Origin: Octopus vulgaris
Lineage: Eukaryota
Assembly (NCBI GenBank): GCA_951406725.2
Contig: OX597820.1
Location: 69,998,001-70,062,000, forward strand
DNA: 64,000 nucleotides
Reading direction: 5' to 3'
The translations under genes and the position numbers were made by a program. This document shows, in pieces, positions 27,075 to 41,075 of this stretch (within the stretch, counting starts at the first letter, position 1; each line of letters opens with the position of its first letter). The notes under the pieces were generated by a model. The model had not been told where the DNA came from. It made no database searches and worked only from the letters and a program-made list of their open reading frames with translations.

Positions 27075-27365
27075 TGGTCACATGATCGACCAGACTATCG
27101 GATGTTGCTATACATCGCTGATCACAATGCGCGTTGCATCGTTTTAACTTCTGAATGATGCCACACCGCTTGCTAGGCGAGCAGGCCGACGTTCACTATG
27201 ATCGGTAGGTTACTTCATCGCAAGGTGTCCCATTTACAGCTGAATCGAATGAAGCAGCGTTGAGTGAAGAATCTTGCTCGAGAATACGCGTAGCTGCTAT
27301 GGGAATCGAAACCACGATCCCACGATCCGAAGTGCAACACGCCTAACCACTAGATCACGCACCTT

Positions 27366-27367
<2 letters not shown>
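27075..27367 (-). mobile_element. tRNA-derived SINE with alternative body and tail type b
   Basis: The tail is homologous to 22760-22878 and the body resembles 58870-58935. Confidence 0.65.
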
Positions 27368-27410
<43 letters not shown>

Positions 27411-27465
27411 CATACAACATTGGAAACAGAAACAGCTGTTAGATGGGATGCAGACCATTTGCATT

Positions 27466-28390
27466 GAATTAATAAATAATAACGCAACCAAACTGCAAAG
27501 AATATTAATGCAGTATATGGAGACTGGGCAGTAAGCGTAAGCCAGTGTCAACGGTGGTTCCAGAAATTTCGAGTTGGAAACTACACCCTAGAAGACAAGC
27601 CTCGTCCTGGAAGATCTCAAGAGCTCGACGAGGATGTCCTGCAAATCCTGGTGGAACGAAATCCCATCGTAACTGTTGAGGAACTAGCAGAGAAGCTTGG
27701 ATTTGGTCATTCAACTATTCATCGACACATGCGTGCCATCGGAAAAGTCAATAAATTGGGTTCATGAGTTCCGCTCAAACTTTCTGAGTTCAGCTGCGCA
27801 CAGTGAGTGAATGTGCGCACTTCTTTGCTATCACGTCTCACGAATGAACCTTTTTTGGACCGATTGGTGACTGGTGACGAGAAATGGGTCCTCTATAAAA
27901 ATGTCAAGCGCCGATGACAGTGGACAGAGAAAGGAGAAACACCGGTACCCCAGGCCAGGGAAGGCCTTCATGCACGTAAAGTGTTGATATTTGTTTGGTG
28001 GGATATGAAAGGTTTAAACCCAAACTAAACTACAACAAAGGTGATCTACTGTGAGCAGTTTGAGCGGTTTAAGTCAGCGCTAAAAGAAAAACGACCATCT
28101 TTGGTTTGAAGACGAAAGTTATTCTTCCATCATGCTAATGCTCGGCCACATACAGCGAGGATGACATTCCAAAGGCTGGAGCAGTTTGAACGAGAAACGA
28201 TGCACCACCCATCATATTCGCCGGACATTGCCCCATTTCATTATCATTTATTCCGCAGTCTTCAAAATCATTTGGACGGAAAAATATGAATTATGTAGAC
28301 GAGGTCAGAACAGTACTGGAGAAGTGTTTGTCGTCACGGACAAGTGAATTTTGGAAGAGGGACATTGCATGTCTACAAGATAGATAAAAG
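27466..28390 (+). pseudogene. mariner transposase, decayed
   Basis: HTH region (CQRWFQKF, LDEDVLQILVERNPIVTVEELAEKLG), DRLVTGDEKWVLYKN, HANARPH and HPSYSPDIAP. Multiple stops and frameshifts. Same family as 52603. Confidence 0.9.
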
Positions 28391-28719
28391 ATGCGATCAC
28401 AATGCGTAGGTAGCACGGTTTTGGGTGTCGAATACACGCACACGCGCGCATATGTATGTATGTATGTTTAGATCGTAGGTCCATTATGGTTATAGTCACA
28501 ATTTAGTCGAAGCAGACTTATACGTTTAGTCATAATGGTTTCATCTATTCACTGATGTTTGTATTTGTTTTTCAAAGTAGTCAATAATATTCTTTAAAAG
28601 TTTCAACATAACTTCGTCAGAATTAAATTTAAAGTTGTCCACTGTTTGGGTAATCTTTCCTTTCGGATTGTTTTAAATTCTACAATTGAATTTTAGCGTA
28701 CATAATGAGCGGTACTCTT

Positions 28720-28980
28720 ATACTCTTTTACTCTTTTACTTGTTTCAGTCATTTGACTGTAGCCATGCTGGAGCACCGCCTTTAGTCGAGCACATCGACC
28801 CCAGGACTTATTCTTTGTAAGCCTAGTACTTATTCTATCGGTCACTTTTGCCGAACCGCAAAGTTACGGGGACGTAATCACACCAGCGTCGGTTGTCAAG
28901 CGATGTTGGGAGGACAAACACAGACACACAAACATATACACACATACACACACACACACACGCACGCACACACACACACG

Positions 28981-29040
<60 letters not shown>

Positions 29041-29160
29041 CGTCGAGCTTCTTTCAGTTTACGTCTACCAAATCCATTCAAAAGGCTTTGGTTGGCCCGA
29101 GGCTATAGTACAAGACACTTGTGTAAGGTGCCACGCAGTGGGACTGAACCCTGAACCATA
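28720..29160 (-). mobile_element. SINE family 1, head truncated
   Basis: Match to family 1. Confidence 0.85.
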
Positions 29161-29407
29161 TAGTTTGTAACGTTGACTTATTTCTTTGCGTGTATCTTGA
29201 AAGCGCTGTGTTTATATACTAAGATGCCTATATCGTTTTAATAGATATCCTGAAATATATGTAATGTTTAAAGCACCTATGTAAAAGTATTCGTTTGTAA
29301 CCTTACCGCACTCAATAGCTCAACTTTTCCAATATTTGATGTTGTTGTCATATGGGCAGTAATTTCACATACACAAATACCGGACTGATCATAACGGACA
29401 CCATGTG

Positions 29408-29828
29408 GTATGTATGTATGTATGTATGTATGTATGTATGTATGTATGTATGTATGTATGTATGTATGTATGTATGCATGCACGCTTGTCCTTGTTCAGT
29501 TTTATTTCAAGATTTCTTGCCAATAGAGAAAAAGTCAGTTTCTAACCTAGATCCAAGGCTCCCTCATTGGAATTTTAACATAAACAACAGGCCATTTTTG
29601 TTTTTATGTATGTATGTATGTATGTATGTATGTATGTATGTATGTATGTATGTATGTATGTATGTATGTATGCATGTATGTATGTAGATTTGTATGTTTT
29701 GCTTTATGTATGTATTCTCATACATACATTTGCATATCTAGACATGCTTATATATATCTAAAAGATAAACTTCCGGAAAGTTTTACAGATTTTTACATTT
29801 CCAGTGATGGATTGGATATGTATGTATG

Positions 29829-29862
<34 letters not shown>

Positions 29863-30225
29863 TGTATGTATGTGTGTATGTATGTATGTATGTATGTATG
29901 TATGTATGTATGTATGTGTTTATGCATGTACGTATGTATGTATGTGTGTGTGTATGTATGTATGTATGTATGTATGTATGTATGTGTGTATGCATGCATG
30001 TATGTATGAATGTATGTATGTATGAATGTATGTATGTATGTGTGTATGCATGCATGTATGTATGAATGTATGTATGTATGTATGTATGTATGTATGTAGG
30101 TAGGTAGGTAGGCAGGTAGGCAGGTAGGTAGGTAGGTATGTAGGTAGGTAGGTAGGTAGGTAGGTAGGTAGGTAGGTAGGTAGGTAGGTAGATAGGTTGG
30201 TAGGTAGGTAAGTAGGTAGATATGT
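29408..30225. repeat. (TATG)n and (TAGG)n tetranucleotide tracts
   Basis: Directly visible, interrupted by short unique pieces. Confidence 0.95.
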
Positions 30226-30480
30226 ATGCGTGTGTATATATTTATGCGTGTCCTCCACCGTCCTCTGACAACCAATAGACCGATAGAATTAGTACTAGGC
30301 CTGAAACAATAAATCCTGGGTCGATATCTTCGACTAAAACCTATCAACATGGTACTCCAGCATGACCTCATTAAATGACTGACACAAGTAAAATAATAAA
30401 AGAATCTATGAATCGAAGGAGTGTGACCTACATTTTAAATCCACAGACATGTCACTTATACACACCCCGGCGCTTATAAA

Positions 30481-30513
<33 letters not shown>

Positions 30514-30839
30514 ACACACACACACACATACACACACAGGGGTGGGGCATGCATAGGCATAAACACAAATGATTTAAACAATTTATCGAATTTAGACTAA
30601 GATAAACTGACGAGTTTTTTTTATCATAGTCTAACAGTGCTTTGCTTTTCTTTAACAAAGGTAAAACCTTTAATGGATATTATGAAAACATACACGAAAA
30701 GAGATAAGGTAAAAAAATAAACGTGCAAACTGATTATGTTTATCAATTAAGTTAATACACTTAAACAACAAACCGGTTAATGAAAAACGAATAAAGAGAT
30801 ATATACATACATATATACATAGAAACATGTATATATATA

Positions 30840-30884
<45 letters not shown>

Positions 30885-31206
30885 ATGCTTGTGTTCATGT
30901 ATGCGCGTTTGTGATTTTTCAGAGTTCAAGATAGCTCACCCAAATAAATATTTCTCCAAATAAGATGATTACCATAAGGCGCTTATTGCAACAAGGATCT
31001 GATACAATCAGACCTGCTATGGAAGTTCTATCACATCAATTGCTTTCGGCTAGAAATTCTCTACCTTCTTCTACAATCCCTAAGTAGCCATCTGCTTGGC
31101 AAAAGTTCTTAAATTTCAGCTAAGATGACCCAAGGCAAATATTAGTGTATTTAATTAATGGAAGCTAACTCTGTACGGCATTGCACGTATTCTGTGTGTA
31201 TGTGTA

Positions 31207-31250
<44 letters not shown>

Positions 31251-31399
31251 TGAGAGTGAGAGAGAGGTTAGTAATAAGACTGGAATTGATGAAATCACGC
31301 ACTAATATACATTCCTTCGTGTATTCCATGATCTGTTGTTCTGCATAGTTGGTGCACATGTTGGAATTATTACAATTGATCTGTTGGCTGCTGCTGTGG

Positions 31400-31571
31400 T
31401 TGAGGAAGATGGTGATGATGATGATGATGAGGATGATGGTGGAGATATGGTGATGAGGAGGAAAAGGATGGTGGTGATATGGTGATGAGGAGGAGGATGG
31501 TGGTGATATGATGATGAGGAGGAGGAGGATGGTGGTGATATGGTGATGATGAGGAGGAGGATGGTGGTGAT

Positions 31572-31603
<32 letters not shown>

Positions 31604-31793
31604 TGTGGTGGTGGTGGTGGTGGTGGTGGTGGTGGTGGTGGTGATGATGATGATGGTGATGGTGATGACGATGAGGAGGCGGCGGAAGAGGAGGTGAAGG
31701 ATGATGACCACGATGACGACGACGATGATGATGATGATAATGATGATGATTGTGATGAAGACGACGACGACAACGATGTTGATCATGATCATA

Positions 31794-31830
<37 letters not shown>

Positions 31831-31865
31831 GAAAGACGTGGAAGTAGAGATAAAGGAGGAGGAGG
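31400..31865. repeat. (GAT/GGT/GAG)n compound microsatellite with about 27-30 bp higher-order units
   Basis: Repeated ggatggtggtgatatggtgatgaggagga units at 31430-31580. Confidence 0.9.
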
Positions 31866-32632
31866 GGATATGGAGGGGAGAACAAAAGTGGGATGTTGTT
31901 GTTGTTTAATCCCAAGTCAGCCACGACCCCTCTAGATTCATCATCAAAGATATTCTCCCCAAGGCAACCGCCTCGTTTCAGTCCATCTCGAAATAAATTA
32001 TACAATGTATCATTCTTACCTTTTTAAGCCGTCAGGACGTAGTTTGAGGAAGATTTGACTGCCATTGCCTGCATTGTCACCACAGAGAATTCTTTATTGA
32101 CTTATTGTTCATGTTCTTGCTGTCTTTGTCATTGATGGTGTTGTTGCTGTTGTTGTTGTTGTTGTCACTGCTGCTGCTGTTATCGGTTGCTATGCAACCC
32201 TGATCAGCCCTGGTTGAACAGATCTATGGATCCATGGATTCAACGCTCCAGATATTCCTCTGTATACGCTACAGGCGCTAGTGACTCACTCGTCTTACCT
32301 CTTCCTGTCATTCATATGGATTTCCTACAACCACAGTTGTAATCCCAACCGCTATCATCACAGCTCCCGCACGAACCATTGCCCCCAGTCATTTCTTTCC
32401 ACTTTCTGAAGACTGGCTTTATCTTCCTCCTTTCCCATCCTCCTCTCTCTACCCCTCTCCCCTCTTTCCCCCCTTTCCCTCTTTCTCTGCCTATTGACTT
32501 GCAACTGTTATAAACAAGATCATTTACCACGTCACTTTGTTGACTGGATTCGAAGAGTATATATATCGAGATACCAATGTATATTTAGCCAATGATGATG
32601 ATGTTTTCGATATATCAATGTATATTTAGCCA

Positions 32633-32789
32633 GAGGCTGTGTGGTAAATAGCTTGCTTACCAACCACATGGTTCCGGGTTCAGTCCCACTACGTGGCACC
32701 TTGGGTAAGTATCTTCTACTATAGCCTCGGGCCGACCAAAGCCTTCTGAGTGGATTTGGCAGACGGAAAACTGAAAGAGGCCCGTCGTA

Positions 32790-32834
<45 letters not shown>

Positions 32835-32985
32835 TATATATTATATTATATTATATTAAATTAGAGATAAAACCACTATTAGGCAAATCATACAATGAAA
32901 AACTTAGCCAATACATAAGATTAATTAATTTATATTATTTTAAATATATATCAAAATTATTAAAAAAAGATAATTAGTATATATA

Positions 32986-33021
<36 letters not shown>

Positions 33022-33027
33022 TGTATG

Positions 33028-33058
<31 letters not shown>

Positions 33059-33295
33059 GTATGTATGTGTGTATGTGTTTGTGTGCCTGTCTTTGTCCCC
33101 CCCCAACATCGCTTGACAACCGATGCTGGTGTATTTACGTCCCCCGTAACCTAGCGGTTCAGCAAAAAAATATGACCGATAGAATAAGTACTAGGCTTAC
33201 AAAGAATAAATCCTGGGCTCGATTTGCTTGAACTAAAGGCGGTGCTCCAGCATGGCCACTGTCAAATGACTGAAACAAATAAAAGAGTAAAAGAA
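32633..33295 (+). mobile_element. SINE family 1 with foreign insert in its microsatellite
   Basis: Family 1 head and tail, with non-SINE sequence at about 32855-32975. Confidence 0.85.
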
Positions 33296-34091
33296 GGATG
33301 ATGATGTGTTCGATATATCACAGTATATTGATATAACGATATATCAGTGTATATTTAGCCAATGAGCTGGTTTGTGTAGCTTGTTATAATGTATTCTAAA
33401 GACGTTAGGGATTTGACGAGAAAGATAAAATCCATATTGGAACAAATATATTGTTTTTGTAAATGCATTGTAGATTCTTAATGACGGGCACGTATTGTTT
33501 AGCTCCGGGTCATCTCTGCTCGAGCGGATCTATTATTTAAAGCTTTCTAACTCTACCGCATCTGGTTTTTCGTATGTAGCGTCATCCAAATTATCTAACA
33601 CGCCTTTTCTTCATTGAAATGGAGGGTAGGAATTATCTGTTTAATTTTATATAAAAATTCTTGAACAAAACGGTCGTTGGTTACAGGTTTCTAACTGGCC
33701 TATCACTGCTTCACCGTATTTCTAACAGCAAGAGTGACAAAGGAGTGTCTGGAACTCGATGTGAAACAAATATCTCGAGGGATTTTATTCATAGGCGTAC
33801 ATTTGACGCAAAGGTGAATCTTCGAATTATCATATGAAAATGTAAGTTAATATCTTTATTTTGGAGCATAAGAAGTATGACCACGGGACAGACAGGTGTC
33901 CGACGCTTCGGCATTTTTGACAAACAGTAGATTCTATCAATGGTTTTTATATGCTAAATGAGAAAGGGTTGCCAGCGTTATGCGATTTGAAAAAGGGTTT
34001 TGCTGATAATGTTATTTTCGTAGTTTAACCCTAAGTTTTCTCTGATCGAGCCGACATATAATCAAAAGTATTCCAGCTATGACCATCCAGT

Positions 34092-34465
34092 TTATTTCTT
34101 TCTTTCCTTCTTTCTTTTTCTTTCCTTCCTCCTTTTTTCTTTCTTTCTTTCTGTCTTTCTTCTTTCCTTCTTTCTTTCCTGCTTCCTTCCTTTCTTTTTC
34201 TTCTTTCTTTCTTTCCGTTCTTTTTCTTTCCTTCTTTTTCCTTCCTTCTTTATTTCCTTCGTTCTTTCTTTCTTTCCTGCTTCTTTCTTTCCTTCCTTTT
34301 TCTTCCCTTCTTTATTTCCTTATTTCTTTCTTTCTTTCCTCTCTTCCTTCCTTATTTCTTTCCTTCTTTCTTTCCTTCCTTCCTTCTTTCTTTCTTTCTT
34401 GCCTTGTTTCCTTATTTCCTTATTTTGTTTGTTTGTTTGTTTCTTTTCTTTTTCTTTCTTTTTTT
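34092..34465. repeat. Polypyrimidine (CTTT/CCTT)n tract
   Basis: Directly visible. Confidence 0.95.
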
Positions 34466-34713
34466 TGGGGAGGGGGGGTCAGACACACAGTACCTAGAAT
34501 TATATTATCTCATGTGCTCTTACTTTTCAACACATTTTTGGTGTGATTTTGACAACTCTTTTTGGCAGTTGAGTGACCACGGAGAGGCTAACTCACTTGG
34601 TCCATTGAGGAGTCTACATGATGTCTTTACGCCATTTGTTCGAAAAAAAAAAAGGAATATTCTTCGTGTCCTCCTATGGTTCTTTCACAATACACTGAAA
34701 CTGATTCTGAGAG

Positions 34714-34776
<63 letters not shown>

Positions 34777-35005
34777 TTTTGAATCGCTTCAGTACAGTAA
34801 TAAATGCATAAATCAAAAGCCCTTGCTGTAAACAATGTCTCTTCAAGTCTCACTGCAGTTGATTTCTTCCAAGAAGGCAGCCGGACACATGCCCACTACA
34901 GAACCGGTACTTTATTTTTGAACCTGAAGCATAAAATAAAATGTTGACTCAGCTTATTTGAACTCGGAGTGCCCGAATTATGAGCTCAAAACAGTTTATC
35001 CGATG

Positions 35006-35305
35006 AGTAAAGATTATTTGCCAATATAACATGGCAGTTCTGATTTAGGGCGAATATTGCTGTAATTTAGCTCCAAGAGACATCGTCTCCATCTGGCTAT
35101 AACGCAATTTGTGTCCTTATATGTTCGAAAATATAAGGACACAGATTGCGTCGTATAGCCAACTGGAGACGATGCCTCCTGGGGCTAAATTACAGCAACA
35201 CTCGTCCTGAACTAGGACTGCCAAGTTATATTAGCAAATAATCTTTACTCTAGAGTACTGTTGCTGAATATCTATCTTTGAGAGATTTACAAATAGCAAT
35301 TTTCT
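35006..35305. mobile_element. Fold-back insertion related to PLE family B, with 13-bp TSD
   Basis: About 120-bp arms centred on TTCGAA (35124-35129). TSD agtttatccgatg at 34993-35005 and 35306-35318. Arms are homologous to 18020-18092. Confidence 0.75.
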
Positions 35306-35886
35306 AGTTTATCCGATGTTCTAGCGATTCTGCCAACAGGTTTGCCCGTCCACCAAATCCACTCACAAGGGTTTAGTCGACTCGGGGTTAGAGTAGAAGA
35401 AACCCAACGTCGGACTGAGCCCATTTGGTCTCGAGTTCAATCCCACTGCATGAAACCTTGGGCGAGTGAGATCTACTAAAACCTCGGGCCGACCAAAGCC
35501 GACGGAAAGACGGAGACCGAAAGAAACCCGTCGTGTGTATATATATGTGTGTGTGTGTGTGTGTGTTACTTTGTGTTTTGTCACCCACCAGCGCATGAAA
35601 ACCGGTGCTGCTTTGTTAACGACACCGTAATTAAGCATTTCGGCGAATAAGTACCAGATTTAAGACAATAAATATACTGAGGTCTTTTTGTACGACTAAA
35701 CCCTTCAGGGTGGTGCCCCAAAATGGCCGCATTTCAATGGCTGAGAAAGTAACACACACACATATGCATGTTTGTATGTATATATATATATACATATATG
35801 TAAACAGAAAGAATAAAATCATTAAAAAATGAATGAATTTTATCAGTGTCCAGTATATCTATCTATATATATATATATAGATATAG

Positions 35887-35917
<31 letters not shown>

Positions 35918-36222
35918 TGTATGTATGTATGTACATATATATTATACGATTGACTCTCTCATCGTGTTCGATGCAGTGGGGGTGGGTGTGCAAAGAATTT
36001 TCTTTTTTTTCCTCCAAATTTTAGTGTTTGTGTCTCCGGTGAGACGCTAGACCAGATTTGTTTTACAAACCAGACCGCATCCTTCCCACGTTGAAAGAAA
36101 ACTGCTTTCACATATATGTGTGTGTCGGGTATGCTTGGGTTTGCGCGCATGTGTGTGTGTATGTATATATGTATGTATGTATATATATATATATATATGT
36201 AGAGAGAGAGAGAGAGACCTGC

Positions 36223-36290
<68 letters not shown>

Positions 36291-36349
36291 GTGCATACAA
36301 ATACCTATATACATACATACATACACATAAATATATATGTACATTTACA

Positions 36350-36411
<62 letters not shown>

Positions 36412-36453
36412 TACCAGAAAGAGAGTGATAGAATGGGAGAGAGAGAGGGGGGA

Positions 36454-36524
<71 letters not shown>

Positions 36525-36736
36525 CGATGTATTGTTGCTTTTAGTCTCTAAGATTTAAAATATTATTTAAAGTTCAAATTAACAAGTGAAAAAAGTTACC
36601 TTTAACAAAAACTCTTGAACGTTGTTTTAGTTTTGTTTTTGCTTATGTTTTGGAGTTTTCGTTCATTCTTTTCTTCTTCTCTTTTCTATTTTTTCCCCGT
36701 TTTCTTTTGCACTATAATTGTCTGAGTGTTTCTCAT

Positions 36737-36752
36737 CGCCATCTAGCGGCAG
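36737..36752 (-). promoter_or_regulatory. Candidate CTCF-binding motif
   Basis: The minus strand reads CTGCCGCTAGATGGCG, a close match to the CTCF core CCASYAGRKGGCR. Motif match only. Confidence 0.4.
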
Positions 36753-37693
36753 TGATGCAATAACAAATCCAGAGATGATGAAAACAATAAGAAGAGTGTT
36801 GAAGGAAAGAAAGAGCGAATAACACGGAAGCAAATTAACCGCAAGGATTCGTTTTCAATAAAAACAAGTGAGGCAGAAAATAAATGGTGTGTTTAGGGTG
36901 TTTCATAAAATATTCAGTATCAATGCTTCCTTAAAATAGCAAGGTGTAACTGCCAGACTATCAGCTTCTTGTTTCAATTAGTGCTTGAACGAGGCTACCG
37001 TGACTAAGTGCTTGTATTTCTGACTGGGTTTAGCTCGCTACTTCTCCAAGTGTTATTCAGCAATCATGCTCCGGTTTTGATTTACCGATACGGACGATAT
37101 AGACTAACGTTCTGAACAAACATTTTCCATTCAGAACTTCATTATTGTAAAGAGCTGCACCACGAAACACAAAAGAGGATTTTTCCCTCGCGATTGTTAT
37201 TACGAGAAAAAGGGAGGACGAATAGAGAGCAAGAAAGAAAAAAAGAAAGAATGGGGAAAGAGGAAAAGAAAAGTGAAAGGCAATGGATAAATGGGACGGA
37301 AAAGAAGGTGGAAAAAAGAAATAATTCGAGGTAAAAGACAAAGAGACAGAAAGGGCCAATGACAGACAGTAAAACGAAATGGGGGAGATAAATGAAAGAA
37401 AGAAAGATGGTGAGGAGAAACTCTCGTCGCCAAAGCCGTGAAATATTACTTTCAAACGCGATATTAATTGATTATTTATTGAGTTGAAGAGAAAGTGGAG
37501 AAGGTATAGTTATTAACGAATGAGAGGAGGAGAAGCGGGAAAGAAAAGAAAAGAGAAGAAAAGAAAAGAGAAGCAAAGAAAAGAAAAGAGAAGAAAAGAA
37601 AAGAGATGGTAGGGGTGAAATGTTATTCACCGAGGCTGTTTATTTGTATCTTGAATGGCATGGAAAGAAGCGGTGTATTTAGGGTGCAGAAAA

Positions 37694-37714
37694 TATTATT
37701 ATTATTATTATTAC

Positions 37715-37768
<54 letters not shown>

Positions 37769-37809
37769 TATTATCATCATTATCATTATTATTATCATTA
37801 TTATTATTA

Positions 37810-37841
<32 letters not shown>

Positions 37842-37889
37842 TTATTATTATCATTATTATTATCATTATTATTATCATTATTATTATTA

Positions 37890-37944
<55 letters not shown>

Positions 37945-38163
37945 CATTATTATCATTATTATTATCATTATTATTTTATTATTATCATCATTATTATTAG
38001 TATCATTATTATTATTATTATTATCATTATTATCATTATTATTATCATTATTATTTTATTATTATTATCATTATTATTAGTATCATTATTATTATTATCA
38101 TTATTATTATTATTATCATTATTATCATTATTATTTTTATTATTATTATCATTATTATTATTA

Positions 38164-38194
<31 letters not shown>

Positions 38195-38265
38195 CATCAT
38201 TATTATTATCATCATTATTATTATTATTATTATTATTATCATTATTATTATTATTATTATTATTA

Positions 38266-38327
<62 letters not shown>

Positions 38328-38350
38328 GTTATTACTATTATTATTATTTA
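37694..38350. repeat. About 650-bp (ATT/ATC)n microsatellite
   Basis: Directly visible. It explains ORFs 37606-38358 and neighbours. Confidence 0.97.
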
Positions 38351-39332
38351 TGGGGTAAAATCAGTCTGAAAAACTGAAAGTCGTCAGCTGAGTTGCTTTG
38401 CTTATTCGGTCTCTAATGCCAGGTTTTATCCGAATCATCTGAAAAACAAAATGTCGGGGAACATGAAGAGTGCCCTAAAAGAGTTCAGTTGTTGAAGCCT
38501 ATGAAATGATGCTAAAAAAAGGAAAACAAGGTATAAGGGGTTGGAGGTTTAAAAAATATGACATATTCACAGGAGCAGGAGAGAAAAGGGATTTTATGAT
38601 AAACCCTGGACAAATTTAGAGCATTAATTCCAAGAGTTTATGTTAATACAATGCATCGGACACAATCCGATTCCGAGGTTGTTATTGTGTTGTATAGTTA
38701 TAGAAAGCTATTCCGAGTGTCATTACCCTACCCCTATCAGGTACCCTTAATGAACTTTCGTCTACGGTTTCGGTTTTGTTGTTGTAGTTGTTATTGTTGC
38801 CGTTCTTGTGTTAATTGTGGCTTATTATCATTGGCTTTAAGTAGTCTTCCATATCATGTCATCGTTATTCATTGCCAAGCCATTGTAGGATTATTTACTT
38901 TCTTTCTTTTCTCTTTTACTCTTTATTATGGTAGTGGTAGTGGTGGTGGTGATGGGGAGATTATTACACGAGTTATTGTTGTAGGTGTTGTTTATATATA
39001 TATATATATATATTTTATTGTTGTAGGTGTTGTTTTTAGGAGTTGTAGTTGTTGCTGCTGTTGTTATTGTAGTCGATTTTTGTTGTTGTTGATCATATTG
39101 TTATAGTTGCAATTTTGCATATGAGTATATGTGTATATGTATATATGTGTATATGCATTGTATATGGGTGTATGTATATGGGTGTATACACATACAAACA
39201 TCCAGCCGGCCAGCCATTCGCCCATCCACCCATCCATTCATACATACATACATCCACCCAAACATTCATACATGAATATATAAATTTACGCATATGCATA
39301 CATACACTCGAATGCACATGCACGTATATACA

Positions 39333-39380
<48 letters not shown>

Positions 39381-39533
39381 CACATACACTCACGCATATA
39401 AGTACATAAATATATGTATGTGAAAAGATAGAGAGAGACAGAGACAGACAGACAGACAGGCAGATAGATAGAGAGAGAGAGATAGGGAGAGAGAGATAGG
39501 TAGATAGAGAGAGAGATAAATAGACAGACAGAC

Positions 39534-39624
<91 letters not shown>

Positions 39625-40249
39625 GTTATACATGCATATGAACATACACGCACACAGATACGCTTACACACACACACACACACACACATACATCGTTATT
39701 ATTATTTTCAGTATTGTTGTTTATAGTAAAAGCGTTATTATTCTATAATTTTTCGTTTTGGGAAACTTTTCTTTCTCCTTTATTAATCTGCTTACTAAAC
39801 CCTTTATAACTGGGCTGTGTTCTTTTGTCTTTTTGTTTTCATTGTTTTATTTTTGTATTCATATTGTTTAATTTTTTCCTTCTTTACTATTTCCGTTGCT
39901 GTTGTTGCCGTGTTGTCTTTTCAAGTTTCTTTGCTGCTGTCGTTGCTTAATTATTGTCTCTGCTGCTGTTGTACTCATTAATTTCATATTTATTTCATAT
40001 TTTAATATATCTCGAGTGGTGGGGTCATCACACCACTAATAAACACATGCACTGATTCTATATCACTTCCTTTTTATACTATTAATCAATTGGTAAACAT
40101 TTAACCAATTAAACTAATCGATAATTTCATTAATCGATCGGCCAGTCAATTAATCATATAAGTTTGTCAAATCCCTTTCATCGCCAATCACAAAGAACCA
40201 CTACGAAACGAATCCAGGTAAAAAAAAAAAAGACAAGAAAAACAGCCAC

Positions 40250-40460
40250 GGTAATAAAGTCGCAGGAAAAAAGTCACAGGGGTTTTGACCGGGGTTGTTG
40301 GTGTCCGAGGGGGTTTTGTACGATTCCCATAAATTAATTCTGACTTTTTTCCTGTGATTTTATTACAGGCCACCATAAATTAATTGTAACACTTTTCCTG
40401 TGACATTTTTTCCTTGCCAAATTTGTGACTTTATTTATTTATTTTTTTCCTGTGAACTCC
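40250..40460. mobile_element. Small palindromic MITE-like repeat
   Basis: Inverted motifs ggtaataaagtcgcaggaaaaaagtcaca / tgactttttcctgtgattttattac. A homologous piece sits at about 43150-43243. Confidence 0.5.
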
Positions 40461-40597
40461 AATACAGCAGTAATAACTGTTTCGAGCATAAGAACGAGGT
40501 ATAAAATTTATGGCGAGGGGACAAGTCGATTTAGTCTTAATCAAAAACTTGACTGGTACTTTATTTATCGACCCCATCCTATCATTTTATTTTCAGA

Positions 40598-41014
40598 TCG
40601 AGCACCATCCGAGCGTGATCGTTGCCAGAGCAGCCAACTGGCTTCCATGCCGGTGGCACGTAAAAAGCACCGTTCGAGCGTGATCGTTACCAGCGTCGCC
40701 TTACTGGCACTTGTGCCGGTGGCACGTGAAAAACATTCGAGTGAGGTCGTTGCCAGTGCTGCTGGACTGGCTTCTGTGCAGGTGGCATGTAAAAACACCA
40801 TTTGAGCGTGGCCGCTGCCAGTACCGCCTGACTGGCCCTCGTGCCGGTCGCATGTAAAAGCACTTACTACACTCTCTGAGTGGTTGGCGTTAGGAAAGGC
40901 ATCCATCTGTAGAAACTCTGCCAGATCAAGATTGGAGCCTGGTGCAGCCATCTGGTTCGCCAGTTCTCAGTCAAATCGTCCAACCCATGCTAGCATGGAA
41001 AGCGGACGTTAAAC

Positions 41015-41075
<61 letters not shown>
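40598..41075 (+). mobile_element. Retroposon 3' part with four about 63-bp internal tandem units and (GAT)n tail
   Basis: Units of gagcgtg.tcgttgccag...actggc...tgccggtggcacgtaaaaa, then ggcgttaggaaaggcatcc...ccaacccatgctagcatggaaagcggacgttaaacg(atg)n. Confidence 0.7.

Noticed and set aside
30096-30220. Telomere-like tract
   Set aside because: The repeat is (TAGG)n grading from (TATG)n, not TTAGGG.
40598-40865. CRISPR-like repeat/spacer appearance
   Set aside because: The variable parts are homologous to each other, the context is eukaryotic, there are no cas genes, and the array sits within a retroposon.
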